A DNA stretch of 64,000 nucleotides from the human T2T-CHM13v2.0 reference genome, Homo sapiens (GCF_009914755.1 NC_060942.1); one strand, 5' to 3'. Counted from the stretch's first letter, positions 16,189 through 28,735 are shown. A program made the numbers and translations. Notes: generated by a model not told the origin, from the sequence alone.

Positions 16189-16547
16189 TTATGGCAAGTA
16201 TTTCATTGTGTCCTAAGTAAAAACAAGCTGTTTCCCTATATGTCTCCCTCTCCTACTAAACTTCCTAGAGGGCAGACACTATGCCTTAGTTATACTGATA
16301 TTCTCCATAAACCCTATTGTTAACTTTTGCATGTAATTGAAACTGAATAAGCAATTCAGAAATGGAGCCAGGAGAGGTTAGAATTAGGAAAAAAGAAATA
16401 AATATTATTTACCTAAGTGGGTAGGTGATGAAAGAGGAGTTTTCAAGAGAGACGGAGTAGGTAAAGGAAGAGAGCTAGTTGATTTAGTCTGAACCTTAAG
16501 GGAGGAAAAAATTTACAAGGAGATGGTGTGAAAACTGCCTGTTGTTG

Positions 16548-16815
16548 AATGTTATGGTTTGGCTGTGTTCCCACCCAAATCTCATCTTGAATTGTAGCTC
16601 CCATAATTCCCATGTGTTGTGGGAGGGACCCAGTGGGAGATAACTGAATCATGGGGGCTGTTTCCCCCATACTGTCCTTATGGTAGCGAATAAGTCTCAT
16701 GAAATCTCATGGTTTTATAAGGAGAAACCCCTTTTGCTTGGTTCTCATTCTCTCTCTTGCCTTCTGCCATGATTGTGAGATCTCCCCAGCCATGTGGAAC
16801 CGTGAGTCCATTAAA
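16548..16815 (+). mobile_element. THE1-like MaLR LTR, 3' end cut off at the VNTR
   Basis: Starts tgttatggtttggctgtgttcccacccaaatctcatcttgaattgtagctccc; stops at gtgagtccattaaa. Confidence 0.85.
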
Positions 16816-19052
16816 TTGAGTGAGGGTGAGGAGATGGTGTTATCAGTGTGAGTTATTAACTGTGAGGGTGAGGAGAGGATATGAACAGTGTCAGTGATTA
16901 GTGAGGGTGAGGAGATGCTGTTATCACTGTTAGTTGTTGAGTGACGGTGAGGAGACGGTGTTGTCACTGTCAATTACTGAGTGTTAGGAGATGGTGTTTT
17001 CACTGTCAGTAGTTGAGTGAGGGTGAGGAGATGGTGTTGTCACTGTCAGTAGCTGACTGAGGGTGAGGAGATGCTGTTGTCATAGTCAGGTGGTGAGTGA
17101 GAGTGAGGAGATGGTCTCACTGTCAGGTGTTGAGTGAGGGTGTAGATGATGATGTCACTGTCAGTTGTTGAGTGAGGCTGAGGAGATAGTGTTGTCACTG
17201 TCAGTTCTTGAGTGAGGGTGAGGGGATGCTGTTGTCACTGTCAGGTGTTGAGTGAGGGTGAGGAGATGCTGTTGTCACTGTCAGGTGTTGACTAAGGGTG
17301 AGGAGATGGTGTCACTGTCAGTTGTTGAGTGAGGGTGAGGAGATGGTGTTGTCACTGTCAGTAGTTGAGTGAGGGTGAGGAGATGGTGTTGTCACTGTCA
17401 GTAGTTGAGTGAGGGTGAGGAGATGCTGTTGTCACAGTCAGGTGTTGAGTGAGGGTGAGGAGATGGTATCACTGTCAGGTGTTGAGTGAGGGTGTAGATG
17501 ATGTTGTCACTGTCAGTTGAGTGAGGCTGAGGAGATGGTGTTGTCACTGTCAGTTCTTGAGTGAGGGTGAGGAGATGCTGTTGTCACTGTCAGGTGTTGA
17601 GTGAGGGTGAGGAGATGCTGTTGTTACTGTCAGGTGTTGAGTGAGGGTGAGGAGATGGTGTCACTGTCAGTTGTTGAATGAGGGTGAGGAGATGGTGTTG
17701 TCACTGTCAGTAGCTGAGTGAGGGTCAGGAGATGGTGTTGTCACTGTCAGTAGTTGAGTGAGGCTGAGGAGATGGTGATGTCACTGTCAGTTCTTGAGTG
17801 AGGGTGAGGAGATGGTGGTGTCACTGTCAGGTGTTGAGTGAGGGTGAGGAGATGGTGTTGTCACTGTCAGTAGTTGAGTGAGGGTGAGGAGATGGTGTTG
17901 CCACTGTCAGTTCTTGAGAGAGGGTGAGGAGATATTGTTGTCACTGTCAGGTGTTGAGTGAGGGTATAGATGATGTTGTCACTGTCAGCTGTTGAGTGAG
18001 GCTGAGGAGATGGTGTTGTCACTGTCAGTTCTTGAATGAGGCTGAGGAGATGCTGTTGTCACTGTCAGGTGTTGAGTGAGGGTGAGGAGATGCTGTTGTC
18101 ACTGTCAGGTGTTGAGTGAGGGTGAGGAGATGTTGTCACTGTCAGTTCTTGAATGAGGCTGAGATGCTGTTGTCACTTTCAGGTGTTGAGTGAGGGTAAG
18201 GAGATGCTGTTGTCACTGTCAGGTGTTGAGTGAGGGTGAGGAGATGGTGTCACTGTCAGTTGTTGAGTGAGGGTAAGGAGACAGGAGACGGTGTTGTCAC
18301 TGTCAGTAGTTGAGTGAGGGTCAGGAGATGGTGTTGTCACTGTCAGTTGTTGAGTGAGGGTACACTGTCAGTTGTTGACTGAGGCTGAGGAGATGCTGTT
18401 GTCACTCTCAGGTGTTGAGTGAGGGTGAGGAGATGGTGTTGTCACTATCAGTAGTTGACTGACAGTGAGGAGATGCTGTTGTCACTGTTGGAAGTTGAGT
18501 GAGGGTGAGGAGAAGGTGTTATCACTGTCAGGTGTTGAGTGAGAGAGAGGAGATGGTCTGTCACTGTCAGATGTTGAGTGAGGGTCAGGAGATGATGGTG
18601 TTACTGTCAGTAGTTGAGTGAGGGTCAGGAGATGGTGTTGTTGCTGTCAGTTATTGAGTGAGGGTGAGAAGACGGTGTTGTCCCTGTCAGTAGTTGAGGG
18701 TCAGGAGAAGGTGTTGTCATTGTCAGTTGTTGAGTGAGGGTGAAGAAATGTTGTTGTCACTTTCAGTTGCTGAGTGAGGGTCAGAAGATGTTGTCACTGT
18801 CAGGTGTTGACTGAGGGTCAGATGGTGTTGTCACTGTCAGTAGTTGAGTGAGGGTGAGAAGATGCTGTTGTCACTGTCAGTAGTTGAGTGAGGGTGAGGA
18901 GACGGCGTTATCACTGTCAGGTACTGAGTGAGGGTGAGGAGATGGTGTTACAGTGCCAGTGCTGTGAGAATGAGATGGTGTTATCAATATCAGTTGTTGA
19001 ATGTGGGTGAGAGATGGTGTGAACAGTGTCAGCGGCTGAGAGTGAGGTAGAG
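16816..19052. repeat. Minisatellite/VNTR, ~40-bp unit GAGTGAGGGTGAGGAGATGGTGTTGTCACTGTCAGTAGTT, roughly 55-60 copies
   Basis: Directly visible tandem array with 36-40 bp variant units and degenerate edges. Confidence 0.97.
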
Positions 19053-19779
19053 AAATAATGGGTGAGGCCATTGTCAATTAGGAGGCCATTGGCGTCTTTT
19101 GAAAGTAGTTAGTGTCTGTGGAGTGGCATGTATTCAGGTTACATGAAAAGCAGCTGAGAAGCAAACTGGCAATCAGAGTGGCAGCAACAAATTAAGAATA
19201 TTCATATTCATAAAGACCATTTTTTATAATGAAAAAGTAATACATGCAGATGGGGGAAGATCACCTGAACCTTGAGAGGTGGAAGATGTAGTGAGCCGTG
19301 ATCAAAACATTACACTCCAGCCTGGGTAACAGAGACCCCATCTCCAAAAAACAGAAAAGAAAAGCATTTATAAGTTCATGTTGAACAGTGTTTCAAACAC
19401 ATAGACAAAATTTATATGTCATGAAAATGGAATATCAGAAAAACATTGTTTAAAAAAACACAAAGTGAGTAAACCATTAATACGTGAGGTGAGCGGTGCA
19501 TCAGCTTGCCGGCTTCCAGCTGCAGCGGGTGATGGAGGTGGAAGGGAGCTGTCCTCGGGACAGGAAATGAAACAAACCCAACCAAAGCCGTGTATTCGTT
19601 TATTCAATATCGTTTTGCTTTCTTGTGTAGACTGAGGGTGTAAACCTCGTTTCTGACAGTCGCCTATAGGACTTTTCAGCAGGCTGTGGGCCTAGAGGTG
19701 GGGGATGTGGAATCAAGCTAAAGACCCAGAACCAGAGAAAGAAGGAAGCAGCAGTGAGGAAGCAGGACAAGAACATCTC

Positions 19780-20950
19780 GGAAATTCAGCCCGGCGCGGT
19801 GGGCGCGCCTGCAGTCGCGGCGCTTTGGGGGCCCGGGCCACGTAGCACGACCCTGCCTGTGAACGCACAGACACCAGCGGTTCCAAGGGCGCGGGCAGGA
19901 AGCGGGCACCGAAGGCAGGCTGGAGAAGCGCGGGGCGGAAGCAAGAAGCCGCGCGGCGAGGAGGGCGCGTGGGGCCCCACACAGCCATGGGGCGCGCGTA
20001 CTACTGGCAGCGCAGGCTCTGGACCGCTAAGGAGGCCGCGCGCGCCCACGCGTGTCCCCGGCAGAGCTTCCAGGAGACGGCTGCGAGGCCCTTCCACCCG
20101 CGGACCAGAGCGCGCCGGGTCGAACCACGACCCACGTGCAGGCCCTCGCGCGCTACCGGAAGGCCAGCCTGTGGCGCACGCGCGCCCCGCCCCGCCGATC
20201 GGTGACGTAATCGGGCCCGTCACGAGGCGGGGGCGGGGCCTCGGAACGCGACGCCCCCCGTCCCAGCTTTAGCCACTCGTGACGTCATTGCCCGGACTCC
20301 ACTGCCTCCCGCGCCGCGCTTTTGCCACCCTGGGCACGTCATCGTGCGCCGACGCCAAACGAGGGCGGGGCCTAGGGACGCCACACCTTCCGCGCCGCCG
20401 CTCGTTACGTCATCGGACCTCGCCGCTTGGCGGAGGCGGGGAAGGCCCGCAGGCGGCGCCTCAGCCGGGGTTGGCGCTGAGGGGAGAGGGCGGGGAAAAG
20501 GTGGCGAATTGAGGGGAAAGTGGGAGGGGCGGGAAAGGGGCGGTCGGAACATGGCGGACCAGATCCCGCTTTACCCGGTGCGTAGCGCAGCGGCGGCCGC
20601 AGCCAACCGCAAACGCGCGGCCTACTACAGCGCCGCGGGGCCCAGGCCGGGAGCCGACCGGCACAGCAGGTAACCGAGGCGGCACTGGCCCCGTTCCCCG
20701 CCGACGCTCCCCGGGGCCCCCAGCCCACCGCAGGAACCCGGAGCCGGGCGGGTCTGGGGTCGCTACCGGCGCGCCCCATCTGTTCGCTGGGAGCCGGGAG
20801 TCCTTGGCGTTCTGAGCGCGCCGCAGCTGTGGCGTCCGCCGGTGGTGAGGGCCGCGGGCAGCTGCCGGGGCGAGCGGCTGCATCCCCGGGACGCCTGGGC
20901 CGAGCGTAGGAGCCAGAACGGGAGCAGAGAACCGCGGTCCAGTGTTGAGG
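19780..20950. promoter_or_regulatory. CpG island / TATA-less ATP9B promoter
   Basis: Abrupt very GC- and CpG-rich segment around exon 1; GC boxes (GGGCGGGGC at 20231 and 20363); CRE-type motifs at 20203, 20280, 20335 and 20405. Confidence 0.92.
20551..20669 (+). CDS. ATP9B: ATP9B coding exon 1 (119 nt, ends in phase 2): [39 protein letters not shown](R)
   Basis: ATG in strong Kozak context (GGAACATGG) inside a CpG island; donor CAG|GTAACC at 20670; peptide recognised as the ATP9B N-terminus; splices in frame to 47652. Confidence 0.96.
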
Positions 20951-21504
20951 GGTGGCTGCTCTCCTAAAGTAAACGGGGATCAAAAGTGCTAACTTCTCGG
21001 ATACTTCAAAGTCTCCGAAACTTGTTCTTGTAGCCCTGTGAATTGTGAAGGTGACGGATGTAACTTTTAATTGCTTTGTTAAAAACACACTTCTTATTGA
21101 AATGACTTCTCTTCGACATTTCGATATCTTTGCTAGGCACACTTTTTGTTTAAACATATATATACAAAGTGCTTTTTGTCGACAAGTAATTTTGCTTTTA
21201 CGAAAGGGAAATGGGGTATTGAGAACGGTTAACTTGTTTAGTGGGCTCACAGGTTAGCAGTAGAATTAGTGTACAGACCTTTCATACTCGAGATTGCATT
21301 TAGCTCATATTTAACATTTCTCATTCAAAGAAAAGAAAATTTTAAAAAGTGTTGCTTCTTATAGTTTTTGAAGTTTTATTCCAGAGGAATTGTCGAAAAC
21401 ATAATTTCACTCAATATGTAGTTGCTTCAGAATTTGAGTTTTTGAATAATTTTTGTTTTCGGCCATTTGAGAGACTAACATATAGCTCAAAGTACATACT
21501 GGAA

Positions 21505-21680
21505 TGTTATAACGCTGATTTGAGTGTTTACCCACTAGCGATTTACTCTCGGGTAACTTATTTAAACTCAAGCCATGGTTTCCTCATCTGTAAAATGCTG
21601 GATAATATTTTTTCTTACGGGATTATTGGAGATTACAGTAGAACATGTGTAAGGTGCCCTTTTTTCAGTGCTTGGTTGGA
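21505..21680 (+). mobile_element. MIR-like SINE remnant
   Basis: ggtttcctcatctgtaaaatg...gataata core. Confidence 0.6.
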
Positions 21681-22537
21681 AGTGGGTTCTGGTGTTACCT
21701 ATAACAGTAATTGTGTTAGTAAATCTGTTTAATTTTAGGAGTTCTTTAGTTGGAAATGTGCCACCTGTTTCAAAATAGGTTTCCATCACAGATTGAATCC
21801 ATTTTTGCCTCATGTACTTTGAAGCACTGTCATGTGGTGCACGCACATTCAAGATTTTTTGTCATCTCGGTGGATTGTTCCTTTCATTGTTAATGTTCCT
21901 CTGTCTCTGGTAATTTTCTTTGCTCTAAAATCTTTATTAGATATTGATGTCGCCATTTATGCTTTTTTTTGGATTAATGTTTGCATGGTATTAGCTTTCA
22001 ACTTACCTATGTTGAATTTGAAGTGAGTTTCTTGTTGGATCTTATATTTTTTATCAACTATGCCATTCTCTTTTGATTGGCATATTTACACCATTTACAT
22101 TTACGATAATTACTGATATGTTAGAATATAAGTGTGCCATTTATTATCTGTGTTCTGTTTCTTCTGATTCTCATTCTGATTCCTGTTTCTTTTTTTTTTT
22201 TTTTTTGCCACTTTTTGGGTTACTTGGACACTTTTTTGGTATCCCTATAGTGTGTTTGAGATTAGGTGTTGGTATAGTTTTTACAGTGCTTGCTCTGGGT
22301 ATTACAATATACAAATGTGACTTATCACCATGGTGTATTGCTGTATTTCACCACTTCCAGTCAAGTGTGGAAACCCTTCTTTCACTTAGGTCCTCACTTT
22401 AAGTATCATGTCCTGGGTATCAGATGGTGTTACAGTTTTTGTGTCAGTCATCAAATATGGTTTATAAAACTCATGATGATAAAGATAGTGTATTGCATAT
22501 ACCACATACGCATATTTCCCCTTTTTCTATTGTTCTT

Positions 22538-22539
<2 letters not shown>

Positions 22540-22589
<50 letters not shown>

Positions 22590-22842
22590 AGACAGGGTCT
22601 CACTCTGTTCTCCAGGCTGGAGTTAGTGATGCGATCGTAGCTCATTACAGCTTTGATCTGTTGGGCCCAGGCAATCCACCCATGTAGCTGGGACTATAGG
22701 CACATACCACCATGCCTGGCTAATTAAAAAAAAATTTTTTTGAAGAGACAGCATCTTGCTATATTGCCCAACTGGTCTCAAGTGATCCTCCTGTGTCATC
22801 CTCCCAGAGTGTTAGGATTAAGGCGTGAGCCATGGCTGCTAG
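22540..22842 (-). mobile_element. AluJ-like with a 49-nt pure T tract
   Basis: Diverged dimer; T run 22540-22588. Confidence 0.88.
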
Positions 22843-23319
22843 CCTGCCATTCTTTTCTTAGCACTTGAAAAATCTTGTGCTGCTTCCTTCTTGTGTCCAT
22901 GGTTTCTGATTAGGATGCTGCTGTCACTCAGATTGATGTTCCCCTGTAGATAATGTGTCATTTCTCTCTGGCTGCTTTCAAGTTTTTACTTTGTCTTTAG
23001 TTTTCAGAAGTTTAATTATGATGTGTCTTATCATGGATTTCTTTGGATTTCATGTTTGGTTTTGTTTTTTTTTTTTTTTTGGTTTTCGAATAAATTTAGG
23101 GAGTTTTTAGCCATTATTTCTTCAACTACTCTTTGTTGTTGTTGAAATAATGGAGAGTTGCTCCCACTCTCTTCTCTCCATTTGGATTTCCAGTGTTAAG
23201 AAAGTTGGATCTTATGTTGGTGTTTCATAATTTCCTTAGGCTCTTTCCCTGTTTCTTTTCTCTGTGTTGTTCAGATTGTGTAAATTCTATTAATCTCTTC
23301 TCAAGTTCCCTAATTCTTT

Positions 23320-24866
23320 TTTTTTTAATTTTTTTCAGTATTTATTGATCATTCTTGGGTGTTTCTCGGAGAGGGGGATTTGGCAGGGTCATAGGACAAT
23401 AGTGGAGAGAAGGTCAGCAGATAAACATGTGAACAAAGGTCTCTGGTTTTCCTAGGCAGAGGACCCTGCGGCCTTCCGCAGTGTTTGTGTCCCTGGGTAC
23501 TTGAGATTAGGGAGTGGTGATGACTCTTAACGAGCATGCTGCCTTCAAGCATCTGTTTAACAAAGCACATCTTGCACCGCCCTTAATCCATTTAACCTGG
23601 AGTTGACACAGCACATGTTTCAGAGAGCACGGGGTTGGGGGTAAGGTTATAGATTAACGGCATCCCAAGGCAGAAGAATTTTTCTTAGTACAGAACAAAA
23701 TGGAGTCTCCTATGTCTACTTCTTTCTACACAGACACAGTAACAATCTGATCTCTCTTTTCCCGACATTTCCCCCTTTTCTGTTCGACAAAACCGCCATC
23801 GTCATCATGGCCCGTTCTCAGTGAGCTGTTGGGTACCCCTCTGAGACAAGGCGGCTGCCGGGTGGGGGCGCCCCCCCACCTCCCAGACCAGGCGGCTGCT
23901 GGGCGGGGGCGCCCCCCACCTCCCAGACGGGGCGGCTGGGCGGAGATGCTTCTCACCTCCCAGATGGGGTGGCTGCCGGGCAGAGGGGCTCCTCACCTCT
24001 CAGATGGGGCGGCCGGGCAGAGGCGCTCCTCAGTTCCCAGACAGGGTGGCGGCTGGGTAGAGATGCTCCTCACCTCCCAGACAGGGCGGCCGGGCAGAGG
24101 CGCTCGTCACATCCCAGACGATGGGCGGCCGGGCAGAGACGCTCCTCACTTCCTAGACGGGATGACGGCCAGGAAGAGGCGCTCCTCACTTCCCAGACTG
24201 GGCGGCGGGGCAGAGGAGCTCCTCCCATCCCAGATGATGGGCCGCCAGGCGGAGACGCTCCTCACTTCCTAGATGGGGTGGCGGCCGGGAAGAGGCGCTT
24301 CTCACTTCCCAGACTGGGAGGCCGGGCAGACGGGCTCCTCACATCCCAGACAATGGGTGGCCAGGCAGAGACGCTCCTCACTTCCTAGATGGGGTGGCAG
24401 CTGGGCAGAGGCTGCAATCTCAGCACTTTGGGAGGCCAAGGCAGGCGGCTGGGAAGTGGAGGTTGTAGCGAGCCGAGATCACCCCACTGCACTCCAGCCT
24501 GGGCAACATTGAGCACTGAGTGAGCGAGACTCCGTCTGCAATCCCAGCACCCCGGGAGGCCGAGGCGGGCAGACCACTCGAAGTCAGGAGCCGGAGACCA
24601 GCCTGGCCAACACGGAGAAACCCCGTCTCCACCAAAAAATACAAAAACCAGTCAGGCGTGGCAGCGCGCGCCTGCAATCCCAGGCACTCGGCAGGCTGAG
24701 GCAGGAGAATCAGGCAGGGAGGTTGCAGTGAGCCAAGATTGCGGCAGTACAGTCCAGCCTCGGCAACAGAGGGAGACCGTGGAAAGCGGGAGACGGAGAC
24801 GAGGGAGGGGGGAGACCGTGGAAAGCGGGAGACGGAGACGACGGAGAGGGAGAAGGGAGAGGGTAA
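23320..24866 (-). mobile_element. SVA retrotransposon (older SVA_A/B-like), antisense in intron 1
   Basis: Poly-T, SINE-R (ttattgatcattcttgggtgtttctcggagag...), GC-rich VNTR, Alu-like domain, short (GGGAGA)n head; 14-bp TSD ttccctaattcttt at 23306-23319 and 24867-24880. Confidence 0.93.
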
Positions 24867-26195
24867 TTCCCTAATTCTTTACTCTGTTATCTCCACTCTA
24901 TTCTCAATCTCATCCAGTGAGGTTTTATTTCTGTTATTGTATTTCTCAGTTTTATAATTTATGTTTGTTTCAAGATAATATTTGATTGTGGAAGCATTTT
25001 TATGTCTGCTGCTTTAAAATGCTTGTCATATAATTAATGCCAGTATCTGAGTTAGCTCAGTGTCGGTGTCATGTGATTGCCTTTTCTAATTCAGATTGCG
25101 AATGTTCTGGCTCTTGGTTTGACAGATGGTTTTCGATTGTCTCTTGGGTATTTTGTATATTAGGAGAATTTGGGTTCTATTTATATCTTTTATTTTAGCG
25201 TGCAGCCACCCTGTTTAGATTCAGCACATAGGTCCTGGGCTACATTTGTGGGCTGTGGTTCTAAATGACATTTTAATTCTCAGAGCCTTTGTGCTGTGAT
25301 CTTTGGTCTGCTTGGTTTATGTGGTATCACTGGGGCTCTTCCTGGTCTCTGTTGGTGCTGCGTGAGAGGGAAAGGTGGATTTTCCTAGGCCTGGCGTCTC
25401 TTACTAAAAGATGGAAGTGTCAGACCCATGGGGATGAAGAGGCTTCTTTGGCTGGGCCCTGGCTGTGGCTGTATCCCATCCATATGGACCCAGTGGCTGC
25501 CCTGGTGTGTCTGGGTTGGAGAAGAGGAGTCTTAGCACCACCATGGTAAAAGGGTTCCTGTGGCAGAATCCCTATTGCTGGTGCCACCTCGATGCTCTGA
25601 TGTCTTGGAGCAAGGTCTTAGGTTATGGATAAAAAGGTTTTCTGGACTGGGCCCCTTATGTGGTGGGGTTGCACCTGTCGGTGCTGCCTGGCTCTCCCTA
25701 ATGAGAGAGACCAGTCTCGGGCATGAGGGGCACAGAGCCTTACTGAGCCAGCAGCTTGTAGTGGCAAGTTCCCCTTACTGCTACTGCCCAGATGCCCCGG
25801 TATCCCCTGATGGGAGAGGGGAGCCTCAGGCCCCAGTATCCCTTGGTGGGAGAGGGGAGTCTCAGGAAGTCACTGCTGCCTTCTTACCTTCTTCCAGAAC
25901 TCTCCTTTGATTGGCTCTTGCTTAATTACTAGGATTTATAGTTGGACTTAACTGGGGAGGAGCAGAGAAATGGGTCTGTGGCATTTTGTCTGGACCAGAA
26001 GTTGTGCTTCTACATTATTTTCTGAAGTTGGGTTTTATTTTATCGTGGTAACATACACATAGTTTATAAAGTTAAGTGGTGCTTTTACAAGGCTTGCAGT
26101 AAGATATTGTGACTCAACCTGTATGTTGGTAACTATTCTCTGGCTTTTGAAAATAACATTTATTTTGCTGTTAAATGTTGATTATTACCTTTTAG

Positions 26196-26608
<413 letters not shown>

Positions 26609-28735
26609 TCTTTTTAGAGTTTTATCAATTGTTGTTTCACATATTTTGCAGGTCTGTTGTTTGGTGCATACACATTTGAGATTCCTGTGTGTTCTAGATG
26701 CATTGACACTTTTATCATTATGTAGTTCACCCATGTGTCTCTGGTAATTTTTCTGCTCTGAAATCTTCATCTGACACTAATATAGCTACCTCTGCTTTCC
26801 TTCAATTAATGTTTGCATGGTATATAATTTTCCATCCTTTCTCTCTCAAGTCACTTATATTTGAAGTGATTTTCTGGTAGTTGTCATACGGTTGGTTCTT
26901 TTTTTTTACCCACCGCCATTGTCTGTCTTTGGATTGATATATTTAGAAGGTTTATGTTCAGCGTAATGTTTATGCCATTTTATTTTTTGCTTTCTGTTTT
27001 TGTTTCTCGGTTTTCTTTTTCCTGCCTTACGGATTATGCTTCAACATTTTTTAGAATTCCAGTTTGATTTATCTATAGCGTTCTTCAGTGTATTTCTTTG
27101 TGTAGATATTACTTAGTGCTAGCTCTAGGAATTACATTACATATACATAACTCATTGCAGTGTACTGTTGTTGGTATTTTAACGGTTGTTGGGTAAAGTG
27201 TAAGAGCTTTACCTCTTTAAATCCCTTTATTCTCCCATTGGTAATATAATACTCATGTAAAAGTGTATGTAGATTTTACATATGTAAAAGTATATAAATA
27301 TTTCCCTTATATACAATTAGAACCCTATATCAGACAGTGTTAACAATTTTTGCTTTCTCTCAATCTAGAATATTCAAGAGGCAAAGGAAAGCCTATTATA
27401 TTCATCTACCCTTTCTGCCCTTTCTGTTTTCTTATTTCCTGATAGTCCACAATTTCTTATTTTTGTTCTGTTTCAGTAATTCTCTAACTATTCTTTTAGG
27501 GTAAGTCTACTGGAAACAAATTCTCTTTGTTTTCCTTCATCTGAAGATGCCTGTATTTCTCCTTCATTCCTGAAGGATAATTTCACCAGATACGGAATTC
27601 GGAGTTGACAGTTCTTTTCTTTCAGAACTTGAAAAGTGTTATGCCACTTCTTTCTGGTCTCCGTGCTTTCTGATGAGAAATCTGATATCATTTGAGTTGT
27701 TTTTCCTTTTGAGATAGGTGTCACTTTTCTCTTACTACTTTCAAGCATTTTTTTTAAGTCTTTAGTTTTTAGTCGTTTGACTGTTCTGGGTCTTGGTATG
27801 GATTTCTTCAGGATTACCCTGTTTAGGGTTTGCTTAGTATCCTAATTCTATAAGTTTGTATCTTTTGTCAAATCTGAGAAGTTTGCAGCCATTCTTTGAG
27901 TGCTTTTTGAGCTCTACTCTCCGTCCCTTCTTTTACCCTGGTGACACCTTGTGAAATCTTTTCTTGTACCATAGGGTCCTGAGTTTCTGCTCATTTTTTC
28001 TAAGTCCATTTCCTGTTCATATTGGGCAGTTTCTGTTGTTTTCTCTTAAAGTTCACTGATTTTTTCTTCCTCGTTTTTTTAGTTTTACTGTTGAGCCCAT
28101 CCATTAAGATTTTTAGTTTCAAAATTTCCAGTTGATTCTTCCTCATACTAGCAGTGTCTCTTCTGAGACTTTATATTTTTTCATTTGTTTCAAGTCTGTT
28201 CATAATTGTCCATTGAGACATTTTTATGATGTGTGTTTAAAAATCCTCATTAGATAATTTCAGTATCTGTGTTGTTTTGATGTTGACATCTATTGATTCT
28301 CTTTTCTCATTTGAGTTGAAATTTTTCTGGTTTTGGGGATAATGAGTGATTTTCCAGTATAGCCTAGACATTTTGGGTATTATGTTATGAGATTTGGGAC
28401 CTTATTTAAATCTTCTGCTTATCGGGCCTGGTGGTGGTGGGAGTGGAATGTGGGGGTTACTGCCAGAAGGGGCTGAAGAGCCAGATTCCCTTCACAGCCC
28501 CCTTTGACATCTGGGAAGGGAAGGTACCATGTGACTGCTGGCTCCCCAGTGGTCTCTGCTAACAATACCTTGGCTGGGAAGGGGAGGAGTGCCTGGTTAC
28601 TGCATGCCTGTGGCCTCCACTGACATTGCATGGGTGGTGTTACCTTTTAGAAGGTGGTTAGATTTTCCACTTTTCACTAGGCCTCCTCTGACATTATAGA
28701 GATGGGCAGGAATGCTTTATTACTGCTATTTGGGG

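Noticed and set aside
16816-19052. CRISPR-like array or coding repeat
   Set aside because: Units are contiguous with no unique spacers, no cas genes and no long ORF; this is a eukaryotic minisatellite.
20344-20550. In-frame N-terminal extension of ATP9B from GTG 20344
   Set aside because: The start is non-ATG and lies among promoter motifs, probably upstream of most TSSs; stop-free frames are expected in GC-rich DNA; ATG 20551 has a strong Kozak context.
19713-21250. Several long overlapping ORFs on both strands (up to 281 aa)
   Set aside because: Low-complexity Arg/Pro/Ala/Gly translations typical of CpG islands. A divergent non-coding transcript is possible, but I cannot support it from sequence alone.
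23349-24957. ORFs such as MCFVKQMLEGSMLVKSHHHS...
   Set aside because: Generic translations of the SVA SINE-R, VNTR and Alu-like domains.
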